The notes: a model not told the origin generated them from the letters alone. A stretch of DNA of 64,000 nucleotides from an uncultured Thermoplasmata archaeon (GCA_963719945.1 CAVRDX010000003.1:64001-128000); one strand, 5' to 3'; positions 1 to 8,461 are shown, counted from the first letter of the stretch. A program made the numbers and translations.

Positions 1-1145
1 AACGCGACATTACCCTCCTTCCCTCTGATTTCACCGACTATGATGTAATTCGGTCTCGATCTCAGACCTGATTTGAGCAGCGCAAAAGTATCCACTCTGC
101 TATCCTCGGGGCCGAACTCTCTCGTGGACAATTGCTGCCAGACTGCATGAGGTGGCTGCACCTCCAAGGTGTCCTCTGCGGAGAATATCTTCTGATCATA
201 CCTTATGAATGGGAATATCGCATTGAGCAGCGTGGTCTTACCCGAAGCCGTCTCACCGCAGACGAACACGCTCATTCCGTTCTCGAGACATAGCCAGAGA
301 TAGGCCGCTTGCTGTGGCGAGATGGTGTTCCACCCTGAGAGTTGTGCGACGCTGAGTGGTTCGGTGGAGAATTTCCTGATCGTGAATGTGGGGCCGTTGA
401 CGCTGACGTCATCTGCATAGATAATGTTGATACGCGATCCATCCGGAAGGGCACCGTCGATTATCGGTCTTGAGATCGATGCAGGTCTCCCCATCCTCTC
501 GCTCATTCCTTTTGCGTATTTGTCCAATTCCGCCAATGCGTCGAATCTGACGTTCGTCTCCACCATTCCCATGACCTTATGGTATAGATTGACCTTTCCA
601 AGACCGACACAATGGATATCTTCTATGTACGGGTCTCTGAGCACTGGCTCGAGCGCGCCGTTCTGTAGAATGTTCCTCTTGATATAATACTCGATTATCT
701 CGAAATCACTTTCTGTCATGTAGATTTTGCTGTTCGGTTTGAACAGCTGTGCGATCTTGGATGGAGGTCGCCCTTCGGTGACTTCCACGATCTCTCCAAG
801 GAGCTTATCGAGCACTTCATTGAATTCAGCATCCGTGGTATGGGTCTTCTCATTTCCAGACTTGATGAATATCTGATTGACAGCACTGTCATAGAGTTTC
901 GTCAGCTCAGGGGTCAGCAAGGGTTGTATGGTGTCGTACTTATGCCCCTCATCCTTTGAGCCATGCAAGTGTATGAATATGGGATCTCCCACAGGATACA
1001 CGACATCCACAGTGGCCTCCTTGCCGAGATCTCTACTGAGTGTGTCCATGAACTTCGGGGTCTGCGTCGTGTTCTGGGCGTACTCCTGGAGATACACGTT
1101 GAGATGTGGGTTGCGCTCAAGTACTCTGCTGAATTTGGGAGGCAT
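1..1145 (-). CDS. arlI: Archaellum motor ATPase ArlI/FlaI (5' part; 3' end runs off the window)
   Basis: Manual translation from ATG at 1145 gives MPPKFSRVLERNPHL...YPVGDPIFIH, and Walker A VFVCGETASGKTT lies near 230-270. It follows arlH directly and is missing from the ORF track because there is no stop in the window. Confidence 0.93.
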   Translation of the reverse strand, partial: MPPKFSRVLERNPHLNVYLQEYAQNTTQTPKFMDTLSRDLGKEATVDVVYPVGDPIFIHLHGSKDEGHKYDTIQPLLTPELTKLYDSAVNQIFIKSGNEKTHTTDAEFNEVLDKLLGEIVEVTEGRPPSKIAQLFKPNSKIYMTESDFEIIEYYIKRNILQNGALEPVLRDPYIEDIHCVGLGKVNLYHKVMGMVETNVRFDALAELDKYAKGMSERMGRPASISRPIIDGALPDGSRINIIYADDVSVNGPTFTIRKFSTEPLSVAQLSGWNTISPQQAAYLWLCLENGMSVFVCGETASGKTTLLNAIFPFIRYDQKIFSAEDTLEVQPPHAVWQQLSTREFGPEDSRVDTFALLKSGLRSRPNYIIVGEIRGKEGNVA

Positions 1146-1155
1146 CGTCGCTACC

Positions 1156-1854
1156 TCACACAACTGATGTGATCTCAATGACCATTCCGACGTTCGGCTC
1201 TATCCTGAATCCAACCACTGGCGATACCCTGAACTGTGTGCCCCCGAATCTCTTCACCATTATGCTCCTCGATATCATTCCGCCAACCTGCGAGACGACG
1301 ATGCTCAGGTAGACATGACTGTCAGATTCGAAAGGAGCGAGTGATTTCGCTTCGATTTCCTGCGGGTCGACTGTGATGACGATGCTCTTCCCCATCCCTG
1401 TCAACTTCTTGAAGAATGAAAGGACCCTTATGCTGTTATCTCCTCCTTGGAGACTGTTGCTAACGAGGCTGGAAAAGGTGTCGATTATCGTTATGTCGCT
1501 CTTGTACAATTCCTCCGAACTCATCAACATGCCCAGGAAGTCCTTTCGGCTATTGCCTGTCCCTACCAGAGGGTATACGGGCACGAATTTGAGTTTACCA
1601 TTCAATAGCCACGATGCGATGGGATAATCCAAGGAATACATCTGGTTGATGAAATCCTTGACCGTCAGCTCCGTGGAAATGCAAGTGACTGAATACTGGT
1701 TCGATAGGAATCCGTAGATCATACGCTGTACGAGGGCGCTTTTCCCATTGCCATGAGCGCCTTCGATCAGAGTGATAGTTCCCGCAGGGAGACCTTGACC
1801 TAACTGATCATGCAGGTCGTCTCTTGGTATCTGGAGCTTATAGGTCTCTCCCAT
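1156..1854 (-). CDS. arlH: Archaellum KaiC/RecA-like ATP-binding protein ArlH/FlaH
   Basis: 232 aa with Walker A GAHGNGKS, the STELT motif and C-terminal FRIEPNVGMVIEI; lies between arlG and arlI. Confidence 0.95.
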   Translation of the reverse strand: MGETYKLQIPRDDLHDQLGQGLPAGTITLIEGAHGNGKSALVQRMIYGFLSNQYSVTCISTELTVKDFINQMYSLDYPIASWLLNGKLKFVPVYPLVGTGNSRKDFLGMLMSSEELYKSDITIIDTFSSLVSNSLQGGDNSIRVLSFFKKLTGMGKSIVITVDPQEIEAKSLAPFESDSHVYLSIVVSQVGGMISRSIMVKRFGGTQFRVSPVVGFRIEPNVGMVIEITSVV

Positions 1855-1869
1855 TGGAGAGCCACCTCA

Positions 1870-2316
1870 CTAGATCCGGAAGCTGAGTCTGTCCATTATG
1901 CCGTTTTCCGTCGTGATAGTGACCGTGTGATCACCAGATGTCAGAGTCTGGTCGATGGTGATCGATATCACGCTAGACGGATCCCAAAACGACGATGTGT
2001 TTCCACTCAGCGAAAGGGTGTAATCCGTGACCACCATGCCATCCAGCATTACAGTGATATAGTTTTGGTTTAGAACCGTATTGCCGAGGTTCTTGGCATA
2101 TATCCTCACCGGATCGTTAGGCACGTTCGTGGGATCGTTGATGATCGCTATGTTCGTCAGCATCTCCTTTTCGATATTGTCGCTCTTCTGATTGATTCCA
2201 CTCGTGATGCCATATACGCCGTTGGCAGCTACTGCCACGACAGCGGACGCTACCATGATGGCTGACACGAAGAATATCAACTGTGTCGACGCACCGCTTG
2301 CGCCCATTATTCCCAC
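1870..2316 (-). CDS. arlG: Archaellum stator protein ArlG/FlaG
   Basis: N-terminal TM helix STQLIFFVSAIMVASAVV, IINDP motif, YAKNLG and TENG near the C-terminus. The true start may be the ATG at 2307. Confidence 0.9.
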   Translation of the reverse strand: MGIMGASGASTQLIFFVSAIMVASAVVAVAANGVYGITSGINQKSDNIEKEMLTNIAIINDPTNVPNDPVRIYAKNLGNTVLNQNYITVMLDGMVVTDYTLSLSGNTSSFWDPSSVISITIDQTLTSGDHTVTITTENGIMDRLSFRI

Positions 2317-2319
2317 CTC

Positions 2320-3513
2320 TCAGAGCATGATGATATCTGATATTCCATTCTCCACCACCACCTTCACGCTCGTACCGAGTCTCTCGATCACGAGCCCATT
2401 CACACTGTCTGACACGAATATCTTGCCCGTTGCGTCCACCCCCCATACCGAATCGCTGAGTCCATCATCTATTGTGCCTCTCATCGTTCCGTTCTCATAG
2501 AAGACGAGTATCTCGTCGCTGTTGTTCGCTACGAACAAGTTCCTTTCGTCGAGAGCGTAGGCACTAGCGGATATGTCCGTTGTCGATGAGAGCATGTTCG
2601 ACCCGATTATCTGAGCTCCTTCACTTCCGTCGAGTCCGTATCTGTCCATATGGTTGCTTCCGGAGCTGTTGTCAAGGACGAATATGTATCCGCCTACGGA
2701 GATGTCTATCGGGCCAGTCATCGTGCCTCCGTTGGCGATTAGTTGATCGACGAAGACGCCAGTCGATTTGTTGAATCTGTCAATATGGTCGAAGTTGTCG
2801 ATAACGTAGATGTAATCCGAATCGACTGCAAATGATGTCGGTGATGGCGCGTTCGTTCCATCCGAGATGAACACATCTATCCAGTTTCCGTCTGTGTCGA
2901 ATCTGTCAATGTGTGAAGCTTCATCTAGAACGTATAGATACTCACCGAATACCTTGACATCACTGGGCGCCACCATATGTGTGGCGTCTGTGATTGTGAA
3001 ACTGAATGTGCCAGTTAGTGTGAAAACCTCAATGCTGTTTCCGTCGAGGACATATGCGCATTCGCCCACCGATAGACTGGTCGGCGAGGAAAGTCGGGCA
3101 TCGTTCGCAACGAGGTTCCTTAGACCTACGTCAGGATCGAAATCAATCGATGGGTCGTTGACGGTGATTGTGAGTACCTCTAGTGGCAGCCAGATATCTG
3201 TCGTCTTGCCTTCGATCGCTGTGGTGAATGATGACAAGAACAGGCCGTCGATGAGGAGATTCGATTCGCTTATCTCAAGAGCGATGCTTCCAGTATTCTG
3301 TACAAGGACCTCGAGCTCATTCGTGTCGCGATAGTAATTCACGTCGATTATGCTGATCTGAGTCTGCGATCTTTCACTCATATCATCGTATCTTTCGTCC
3401 AGAGATACGGTTACTTTATCAAACGCATCGGTTACCGAGGCGTAAAGAATAGAAAAAAGAACGAGAAAGGCGGCGAAGAAAATCGCCATTGTAGCCGAGA
3501 CACTAAACCCCAT
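2320..3513 (-). CDS. arlF: Archaellum stator protein ArlF/FlaF with an inserted NHL-like beta-propeller
   Basis: MGFSVS...TM N-terminus, VQNTGS, LIDG, WLPLE and C-terminal VKVVVENG strand match ArlF. About 240 aa of six ~40-aa repeats interrupt it. Confidence 0.85.
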   Translation of the reverse strand: MGFSVSATMAIFFAAFLVLFSILYASVTDAFDKVTVSLDERYDDMSERSQTQISIIDVNYYRDTNELEVLVQNTGSIALEISESNLLIDGLFLSSFTTAIEGKTTDIWLPLEVLTITVNDPSIDFDPDVGLRNLVANDARLSSPTSLSVGECAYVLDGNSIEVFTLTGTFSFTITDATHMVAPSDVKVFGEYLYVLDEASHIDRFDTDGNWIDVFISDGTNAPSPTSFAVDSDYIYVIDNFDHIDRFNKSTGVFVDQLIANGGTMTGPIDISVGGYIFVLDNSSGSNHMDRYGLDGSEGAQIIGSNMLSSTTDISASAYALDERNLFVANNSDEILVFYENGTMRGTIDDGLSDSVWGVDATGKIFVSDSVNGLVIERLGTSVKVVVENGISDIIML

Positions 3514-4687
3514 GAAAGCCCTCCAGACTCTCCTTGAACTTCGATATATTCTGTTCGAGGGAGTTTAGCCTATCCTTGTCGACTTCGAGCCCTGCGATCT
3601 TCTGGACGAACAGGAGAGACTTCAGATGGTCGTCGGCTGACAGGCGCCAGTCTTCGACCTTCTTGTAGGGTGCGGCTTGTGGCGGGGGTAGATCCCTGAA
3701 GACATCCTCACGGACCTCTTCTTGGCCCATGTATTTCGTGATGTCTTGCATCTCACCGCGTGCGTAGGACATGATTTCTGATTTCACATCCTCGCTGATC
3801 CATCCTACGTCAACATAGTAGTCAAGGACGAGCGATATCTTGTCTCTCGTAACGCGCTCGAACAGGAATTCTATCCAGCGCATGACAAGGACGAGTGTGA
3901 GGTAATCGTGTGGTATGTATGCGAGCAACGGTTTCTTATTGTGCTTGCTCCTCGCTGCCGCACGTACCTGTCTCTCATATCTCTCGTCGGTCGATGTCTT
4001 ATCCATCGTCGGTGGAGTCTCTCTCCTTTCTCCAATAGATACAGTCCCCAAGGGCATTGTCGACGTCCCTGGCTCCCACGGGGTGGCGTCCCTACTTTTC
4101 TTTGATGCCGCGCTCCTAGCTGAAGATGGCGTTTCGATCTCTCCTTCGCCAAACGGTCTGAACTCTGGGATATCTCCGTCGAGTTCGATCGTTCCGAACG
4201 AGATCTCGTCAGCTGGTTTCTCCATCTGCTTCTCCGCCGGTTTGGGAGGAGACTGTTCCTTCGGAGGAGCTTCTTTCTCTGACATATCAATGAACGGGTT
4301 GAACTTCGCGGAGACGACTTCGTATACTGACAGGAGCTTTCTGATGTCCTGGTCCATCTGGGTGAGTTTGTCTCGGACCTTCGAGTTCTCGTTCCGCTCA
4401 TTCGTCAGAGCGGAGTCGATTCTCCCGATCTTGTCTTCGATCTCTTCCAGGCGACCAAGGAGCTCGCTGAGCTCCTTCACACCAGTAAGTCCTCCGGCAC
4501 CCGAACTATCGTCTTCGAGGTAGTCCTCCTCGTCTGTGGGCGACACTATTTCTGATCCGTCGCCCCCTTCTGCTGCGTCATCGAAAGTCTCCTCTTCCGT
4601 ATCATCGAACTCGTCCTCGAAGTCTTTCAACTTCCTACGAGCTGAGGAACCATCTTTTCCAGGTTTCTTGCGGAACAGGCCGGCCAT
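3503..4687 (-). CDS. Archaellum switch-complex protein, ArlC fused to ArlD/E
   Basis: Coiled coil ending LLSVYEVVSAKFNPF (ArlC-like) plus C-terminal WIEFL...YYVDVGWIS...LSADDHLKSLLF (ArlD/E-like). An alternative start is at 4726. Confidence 0.88.
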   Translation of the reverse strand: MAGLFRKKPGKDGSSARRKLKDFEDEFDDTEEETFDDAAEGGDGSEIVSPTDEEDYLEDDSSGAGGLTGVKELSELLGRLEEIEDKIGRIDSALTNERNENSKVRDKLTQMDQDIRKLLSVYEVVSAKFNPFIDMSEKEAPPKEQSPPKPAEKQMEKPADEISFGTIELDGDIPEFRPFGEGEIETPSSARSAASKKSRDATPWEPGTSTMPLGTVSIGERRETPPTMDKTSTDERYERQVRAAARSKHNKKPLLAYIPHDYLTLVLVMRWIEFLFERVTRDKISLVLDYYVDVGWISEDVKSEIMSYARGEMQDITKYMGQEEVREDVFRDLPPPQAAPYKKVEDWRLSADDHLKSLLFVQKIAGLEVDKDRLNSLEQNISKFKESLEGFHGV

Positions 4688-4729
4688 TTTCGATACACCT
4701 AACCCCGTGCAGTCATGGGAAAACATCTT

Positions 4730-4757
4730 CCCTCACCTCTTAGAAAAGAGGTGAGGG
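4730..4757 (-). terminator. Perfect 12-bp stem hairpin between archaellin and arlCDE (terminator, attenuator or mRNA stabiliser)
   Basis: CCCTCACCTCTT-AGAA-AAGAGGTGAGGG, 44 nt after the archaellin stop. Confidence 0.6.
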
Positions 4758-4800
4758 GGAGAAATCTCCCCAAATTGGGATTGATTGAGCTAGTGTCTCT

Positions 4801-5421
4801 CTACTTGAGCACCACTACGCTGCTAGCCTCGAGGGTCGCAGGAGCGGTTATCTCCAGGTATGTCGGCACACCGTGCTTGGGCATCAACAGGAGCGTCAGC
4901 TGTTCTTGTGGGTCGAGCTCCATTGTTATTCCCGTCGCGGTGGTGAGGTCGATTTGTACCTGGAATACATCTCCGGCGGTCATCATGACTGCAGCTGTTG
5001 CTGGGTCCATGTCTCTGAGCTCAGTTGCGGTGAACTCTGTGGCGGATGCTGCAGCTGCGTATGAGAGCGTGATTTCAGACGCTACTCCTCCGCCGATGGT
5101 CTGCGTAACCTCAATTATCGTGTTCTCGAGGTTGATCCCAGGGCTACCAGCGATCAAGGCTATCTTGATGTAGATCGTGTCGATGGCTGGAGTCGCATCT
5201 GTCGATCCCCATACGGCAAGGACCTTGAATCCACAGGCAACGTCCTGCAGAGCCTCGTCACCAGTCGACTCGGCCTGCTGTTGCAGCTTGTATGCAGTCT
5301 GGACCAAGACACCCGCTGCCACAGCGGCAACGATTATCATGGCAATGAAGATAAGAAGGGTTCCAACACCCATCTCGCCTTCCTCTTCCATTTTTCTCTT
5401 TTTCCACGCTAGTTTGTTCAT
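4801..5421 (-). CDS. arlB: Archaellin (ArlB/FlaB), copy 1
   Basis: Class III signal peptide plus GVGTLLIFIAMIIVAAVAAGVLVQTA, AGSPGINL and C-terminal PKHG motif; GGAGG RBS. Confidence 0.96.
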   Translation of the reverse strand: MNKLAWKKRKMEEEGEMGVGTLLIFIAMIIVAAVAAGVLVQTAYKLQQQAESTGDEALQDVACGFKVLAVWGSTDATPAIDTIYIKIALIAGSPGINLENTIIEVTQTIGGGVASEITLSYAAAASATEFTATELRDMDPATAAVMMTAGDVFQVQIDLTTATGITMELDPQEQLTLLLMPKHGVPTYLEITAPATLEASSVVVLK

Positions 5422-5754
5422 TGTTTCTATTCCTCCAACTTCGCATCTCTTCTCGAGTCACGTACCCGAGGGACGTTCGGCACCCTGCCGACGAGGAGAT
5501 CTTCCGAGCCGATCCTAGCTCTCCTGCCTATTGACAGGACATCGAGAGCATCCGCTACCCGATGGTTTGTCCAAAAAGCACGGTTTTTCAACGCCCGCCG
5601 TGAATCTTGTCTAGCACTGGGGCGATTACACAACTCCTGGCGACAGCCAGACCGTTCCATCCTAACTGGTCTTCTCGCCTCACCTCCGATGGCAACCGCC
5701 GCCGTGCCCTGCAGCGGGGAGTGAGAGAGATGCACCCCTCAAGGTTGTGCTTGA

Positions 5755-5782
5755 GAGGCACTATCCACAGGGCATGTAGACC
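5755..5782. repeat. 28-bp repeat copy A (reverse complement of copy B)
   Basis: + strand GAGGCACTATCCACAGGGCATGTAGACC is the exact reverse complement of 7752-7779. Confidence 0.95.
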
Positions 5783-5803
5783 TCTCTCGAGTCTACTATC
5801 CAG

Positions 5804-5865
5804 AATATATATCTTAAACATTAGTATACAAATGTCTAGAAAAATTATGAGAAGTGATTCTCATA
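5804..5865 (-). promoter_or_regulatory. Putative promoter of the arlB1-arlCDE-F-G-H-I operon with a palindromic operator
   Basis: Minus strand TTTAAGATATATATT (5818-5804) is TATA-like; palindrome TATGAGAA-GTGA-TTCTCATA at 5846-5865. Confidence 0.6.
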
Positions 5866-5890
5866 GGTGATTTGCGCATTCGTCAAATCA

Positions 5891-7612
5891 TCAGACGAGA
5901 TTCACATATCTGTAAGCCCCAAGATATGGGATTGTACAGTCCTCTATCGTAGGCTGGCCTATGCTCGGAATGAATTTCATCGAGAACGATGATTCGGCGT
6001 GAAGGTTCAGTCCTATCTCGCCGGCGTCGACGAATATTTTCACGAGTCCTCCATCCGAGAGAGAGAATGTGCTTGCGAATTCGCTATCTGGATCCCTAAG
6101 TATCTGGACAGAGAAGCTGTCAGCAGTCGCCCCGGCTGGCCCGAATTCTGCAGCATTGAATGCCAGCGTGACATCCTTCTCCCCGTCAGTGATCTCTATC
6201 ATCAGAGACGTGAACAGGATCGGCATGCTTCCAGGCACTGTCTTGACCTTGATCTCGATCATCTGGATGGTGTTCGATGGTATCACTGGTTGTGCATAGT
6301 TGTCTGCCGCATCCACAGCTACTACGGTATAGTAGTACAGGGTTCCAGACACTCCTGAGTAATCACAGTACTGGGTCGTGTTGCTGCTGACCGATGCGAT
6401 GGGGGTGGAGTTCCTCAACTCCTCGACGCTATCGAGCGCGGACATGCTGGTACTCCTGTAGATTAGGTATTCACCGATGTACGTCTCACTATCGGACGCT
6501 TCGTTCCAGTTCATCTCGACAGATTGTATATATTGCGTAGCACCAAATGCCTGCACTGCGGACGGAGCGATGGAATCCACGACTTCAGCATTGTATGTGA
6601 GCGTTCCCAATGAAACCTGGTTCCCCGCTCGGTCTTCGACTATTACATAATACGTATAGGTCCCCTCATCACTAGGGGCGTCAGAATAGCTAGACGCAGT
6701 GGAATTAAGTGCCGCAATGAGCTCCGCTCCGATCGATATGGAGATGACCCTTCGTCCATCGACCATCTCGCTAGATAGCGACCCAACCGATACGGTGCTC
6801 CTATAGAGCAGCTGCTGGTCGACGCCACTGCCCGCATCGGTGGCTGGAACCCAGAAGAGCATGACAGAATACTCATCAGGTCTCGATGTGCTCGTCATGG
6901 ATCCACCTGCGGGTATGGTCTGATCCTCATCATGACTTGCTGCATCCGTGGATGCAGAACTGTCAATCGGAGTATAGAGGGCACGGTTTCCAGCTGCGTC
7001 CACTCCGACTATTGCATACGCATATGACGTGGAATTATCGTCCCTGGCGGTATAATCCATATACTGTCTATCTGACCCGAAGCCAGTTGTCAACGTTGCC
7101 AATTCATAGGATGGATTGAGTTGATCGAGTGTCAATAATCGATTCCTTGCGATCTGTTCGTTGAACGCGGCAGGATTGGTCGGGTCATATACCGAGGTCC
7201 TGTAGATGATCTCCTCAGCCAACCCAGAGCCATAATCAATGGCGGAGGTCCAGTTCAGAACTATTCGGAGTGGTGCAACTCCGTCGTTTGAAGCAGTTGC
7301 GTTCCATAATATGCCACCAGTCGGCGGTTGATCATCTCTCGATGGCATATACCCGGAAGCGATTGAAGAATCTGCACCGTCAGGGTTCCTGTCGCCTGCG
7401 ACATTGACGACGGTAAGTCCTCCAGAGACCTCTGAAACGGCATCGTCGACAGTTCTCTGTGCCTGTTGCTGCAGCAACGCTGCAGCATAAAGTATCAATG
7501 ACGCTGCGATTGCAGCGACCAGCACCATCGCAATGAAAATGATAAGTGTACCTATACCGACATCGGCTTCTTCATCCGTCTTGATGCTCGTTCTTGCTTT
7601 TTTGAGCCCCAT
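5891..7612 (-). CDS. Large archaellin (573 aa) with three inserted fibronectin type III-like domains
   Basis: N-terminal VGIGTLIIFIAMVLVAAIAA. Three repeats of pattern W-x-x-A-x-D...YR...Y-x-Y-x(4)-D-x-A-x-N follow, then the archaellin core resumes at IEIKVKTVPGS. Confidence 0.88.
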   Translation of the reverse strand: MGLKKARTSIKTDEEADVGIGTLIIFIAMVLVAAIAASLILYAAALLQQQAQRTVDDAVSEVSGGLTVVNVAGDRNPDGADSSIASGYMPSRDDQPPTGGILWNATASNDGVAPLRIVLNWTSAIDYGSGLAEEIIYRTSVYDPTNPAAFNEQIARNRLLTLDQLNPSYELATLTTGFGSDRQYMDYTARDDNSTSYAYAIVGVDAAGNRALYTPIDSSASTDAASHDEDQTIPAGGSMTSTSRPDEYSVMLFWVPATDAGSGVDQQLLYRSTVSVGSLSSEMVDGRRVISISIGAELIAALNSTASSYSDAPSDEGTYTYYVIVEDRAGNQVSLGTLTYNAEVVDSIAPSAVQAFGATQYIQSVEMNWNEASDSETYIGEYLIYRSTSMSALDSVEELRNSTPIASVSSNTTQYCDYSGVSGTLYYYTVVAVDAADNYAQPVIPSNTIQMIEIKVKTVPGSMPILFTSLMIEITDGEKDVTLAFNAAEFGPAGATADSFSVQILRDPDSEFASTFSLSDGGLVKIFVDAGEIGLNLHAESSFSMKFIPSIGQPTIEDCTIPYLGAYRYVNLV

Positions 7613-7751
7613 CCCAGTCCTCTCCGGTGTGCGAGGGCATGGAACGTAGCGTTGTTGAGCCTAGAGCATCCGCTAACTCATGGCACCATCAGAAATTATC
7701 CCGACTTGTTGAGCCGGTAATATATTACTCGTCAGAAAGACGAGAGTCTAC

Positions 7752-7779
7752 GGTCTACATGCCCTGTGGATAGTGCCTC
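7752..7779. repeat. 28-bp repeat copy B
   Basis: GGTCTACATGCCCTGTGGATAGTGCCTC, inverted relative to 5755-5782. Confidence 0.95.
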
Positions 7780-7797
7780 GAGATGCGTTGGAGGCTA

Positions 7798-7849
7798 GTG
7801 ATTATCATGCGTTTGAAGATTATATAAGACAACAAGCCGTGATTTTCAT
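7798..7849 (-). promoter_or_regulatory. Putative promoter of the large archaellin
   Basis: TTATATAA at 7820-7827 is flanked by GTGATTATCAT (7798-7808) and GTGATTTTCAT (7839-7849). Confidence 0.55.
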
Positions 7850-7978
7850 GCAAGATAATCAGATTATTTGAATCAAAAATATCAATTGTAAGGGGTTTCT
7901 TTGGGATATTCCCAGACGCTGATATGCCCTGTTTGTCAGTCTCTCTCAATTCTCGTTGTTCGGATCAACCATCGCCGG

Positions 7979-8461
7979 TCATACTCTGTAATAATCGGCA
8001 AGGCTGGTCTCGAATCGACCGATCCGTTCCTGCACTTCACACCAGATGTTCTTGTCAACATCGATGCCCGCCAGCTCCATGACGAACATCCAGGACTTCA
8101 TATGGTCTTCCGGTGTGAGCCTCCACTCCTTCTCCTCCGTCGCAAGCGCGAGGGCATCCAAGGAGCTTTTCCTTCCGGGCCGTTTCTTGGTCACTACGAG
8201 ATTGTGGTCTATGATCTCATCGTCCAGGATCGCCTCTGCCATCTCCGGTTCGGCTTTCTTTGTGCCTTGAGATACAGATGCCAAGTACTCTGCGATGTCC
8301 TCTCCTATCCATCCTATTCTGCTATAGAAGCTGAACAATCTGGGAATGGCTTCGATGTCTATCCTGTCCATCAGGAACGACATCCATCGCATGATGATCA
8401 TGTTGGTTCTGGAATCTATGTCGAAACTCTCCAGTGCCGAGTACCGTTCTTCTGGATCCAT
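7979..8461 (-). CDS. Stand-alone ArlD/E (FlaD/FlaE) domain protein
   Basis: MRWMSFL...FYSRIGWIG...WRLTPEDHMKSWMF parallels the C-terminal domain of 3503-4687. Confidence 0.85.
   Translation of the reverse strand: MDPEERYSALESFDIDSRTNMIIMRWMSFLMDRIDIEAIPRLFSFYSRIGWIGEDIAEYLASVSQGTKKAEPEMAEAILDDEIIDHNLVVTKKRPGRKSSLDALALATEEKEWRLTPEDHMKSWMFVMELAGIDVDKNIWCEVQERIGRFETSLADYYRV

Noticed and set aside
5427-5735. 102-aa ORF upstream of arlB1
   Set aside because: Arg/Ser-rich composition with no motif and no well-placed RBS; not called, though translation is not excluded.
5427-5790. SRP RNA or RNase P RNA in the long intergenic region
   Set aside because: I could find neither the SRP helix-8 motif nor the RNase P GAGGAAAGTCC/AACAGAA motifs on either strand.
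5422-7790. c-di-GMP-I riboswitch-like fragments (CACAGGGCA, GGTAGCGG) in the archaellin leaders
   Set aside because: The core GGCAAAC...GNRA...GACGCAAAG arrangement is absent, so only short matches remain. An Infernal search would settle it.
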